Source: a bacterium
Lineage (GTDB): Bacteria > Patescibacteriota > JACMRA01 > JAYUNN01
Direction: 5' to 3'
DNA: 64,000 nucleotides
Assembly (NCBI GenBank): GCA_043761585.1
Contig: JAYUNN010000035.1
Span: 32,706 to 96,705, forward strand
Shown here: piece by piece, positions 62,748 to 64,000 of the stretch
Position numbering within the stretch: the first letter of the stretch is position 1
Layout of the letters: each line of letters opens with the position of its first letter
Made by a program: the position numbers and the translations under genes
Notes under the pieces: generated by a model
The model's database searches: none
Told to the model about the DNA's origin: nothing
The model's input: the letters and a program-made list of their open reading frames with translations, nothing else

Positions 62748-63953
62748 ATGCCTACCTCCACCCAAAAATATCTATCAAAAGCGCTTCAAAAATCAGATTT
62801 GAAGTCAGAGCCAAAAATACAACCTGAAACTTCAAGTGAGTCGGTGCAAACAGATATACAAACTAAAGCATCACCCGAAACCCCCCTAAAACCTAAAACA
62901 ATTAAAACTGATGAATCTTTTGCTATGACTACTTCGCAAGAGTTAGGTCCAAAAATTTTTCATAAGACAGACCAAAGAATTGATAAGCTAGAGAAATCAC
63001 TCAAAACCAGAACTAATATTCTGTTAATTATAGTTTTGATTACAGTTGGGATAAATTTAATTTTTATTTTTTCAAGACCTCAAAACACTAACCAAAGTAC
63101 AGATATGCCTAGTTCGAGCTTAAATCAAGCTGCTATAGCTGATCCCAAGCAAAAAAATTTAAATCAAGCCAGTGTTTATATTTTCGAAAACAACCCGGCA
63201 ATTTTTGATTTTGGTTTCAAAATTGATCTAAAACCAGATTATATTGCCAATTTAAACGATCCTAATTGCAGAACCCCGATTGTGCCACCAACAGTAAATG
63301 GTTGCGGTTTTGGGTTGGATTTACAAAAAATAGGATTGCCTAAAACTGGAGTTTACTATCGATCGATTACTGTGGTGACCGATACCATGACCAATAACCA
63401 AAAAATACAAATTGATCTCAAAGACTATGAAAAAGGACAGTTAGCCCAAAGTGTGGGCACCGTTAACTCCGACCCAGGTCCTCAAAAAATTATTTTACCA
63501 AGCGCTATTTCAAATAGTCAGAGCTTGTATTTTAGATTTTGGGCACCAGAAAATGTGATCAAGATTAAGAAGATTATGATTGACTTTTTTTCTACAACTG
63601 ATCTTAAACCGGTAAAAATAAACTTGGCAACACCTTTTAAAGGCGATCAAATAGGGACAATTTATTTGGACTCAGACGGTAATGGGAAATTTTCGCAAGA
63701 TGTAGACAAGCGCTGGGAATGTACGCCCACATTTCCAGGAGTTTTGCCAATAAAACTCAAAGATCAAACTAGCTTTAAGCTTTTGCGCCAAGATGACTGT
63801 ATGACTGAAAATAAATTAGAAAGTTGGCAGACAGATTCAGGCTTAAATAGCTTGCCCGCTGCTAAATGGCTGCTGGTGATAGATCCCCTAACTGTGGCCA
63901 GTTTTGAAACTAAAGCTGACACCGAGAGTACAAGTATTGATCTTAAGTTTTAA
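62748..63953 (+). CDS. hypothetical single-pass membrane protein with a Cys-containing ectodomain
   Basis: A 401-aa ORF with a TM (ILLIIVLITVGINLIFIF). No motif was recognised. Confidence 0.55.
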   Translation: MPTSTQKYLSKALQKSDLKSEPKIQPETSSESVQTDIQTKASPETPLKPKTIKTDESFAMTTSQELGPKIFHKTDQRIDKLEKSLKTRTNILLIIVLITVGINLIFIFSRPQNTNQSTDMPSSSLNQAAIADPKQKNLNQASVYIFENNPAIFDFGFKIDLKPDYIANLNDPNCRTPIVPPTVNGCGFGLDLQKIGLPKTGVYYRSITVVTDTMTNNQKIQIDLKDYEKGQLAQSVGTVNSDPGPQKIILPSAISNSQSLYFRFWAPENVIKIKKIMIDFFSTTDLKPVKINLATPFKGDQIGTIYLDSDGNGKFSQDVDKRWECTPTFPGVLPIKLKDQTSFKLLRQDDCMTENKLESWQTDSGLNSLPAAKWLLVIDPLTVASFETKADTESTSIDLKF

Positions 63954-64000
63954 CCCCGACTTATTAGGATGATTAAAATCATCAAAGCTTTAACGCCGCG

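Noticed and set aside
1-64000. Alternative genetic code (UGA recoding, as in Gracilibacteria/SR1).
   Set aside because: Long conserved genes read through intact with the standard code, and TGA terminates well-delimited genes (for example pgi at 24659 and the 61589-62650 gene).
1-64000. CRISPR arrays, rRNA genes, transposases or integrases, and diversity-generating retroelements.
   Set aside because: I saw no regularly spaced direct repeats, no rRNA signatures and no reverse-transcriptase or transposase-like ORF. The repeated domains in the 1071-aa protein are diverged protein repeats, not template/variable repeat pairs.

Overview
This is a low-GC window (roughly 35-40% by eye) from a reduced-genome bacterium. 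It uses the standard genetic code: TGA is a stop at 24659 and 62650. The gene content looks like Patescibacteria/CPR: DUF4012, a T4SS-pilin-like protein, short Mur ligases, and many secreted or membrane hypotheticals. I support about 50 CDS, 3 tRNAs with encoded CCA (Arg-GCG, Lys-UUU, Val-UAC), several intrinsic terminators and an NrdR box. Recognisable housekeeping genes are pgl, jag, an FKBP isomerase, murE, yidC, murA, murF, secE-nusG, pgi, an ECF-type sigma factor, cysS, holB-like, rplS, rpsA, an L,D-transpeptidase, secY, nrdR-nrdB-nrdA, mltG and pspA. All family calls come from motif recognition by eye; no search was run. The best candidates for new biology are:

- A five-gene operon linking PspA (ESCRT-III superfamily) to a classical-clade tandem AAA+ ATPase, an extracytoplasmic SBP-vWA protein and two membrane proteins (50780-56570).
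- A diverged family of about 125-195 bp intergenic elements, with at least 7 copies, mostly just downstream of co-oriented genes.
- A CysRS carrying an inserted Udk-like P-loop kinase domain.
- An XRE-HTH::MurA fusion with a perfect 22-bp palindrome in its own promoter.
- An endonuclease plus HEPN-motif cassette, bounded by inverted hairpin repeats, inserted between nrdB and nrdA. Related structured repeats occur at two other loci.

I saw no CRISPR array, rRNA, transposase or reverse transcriptase.
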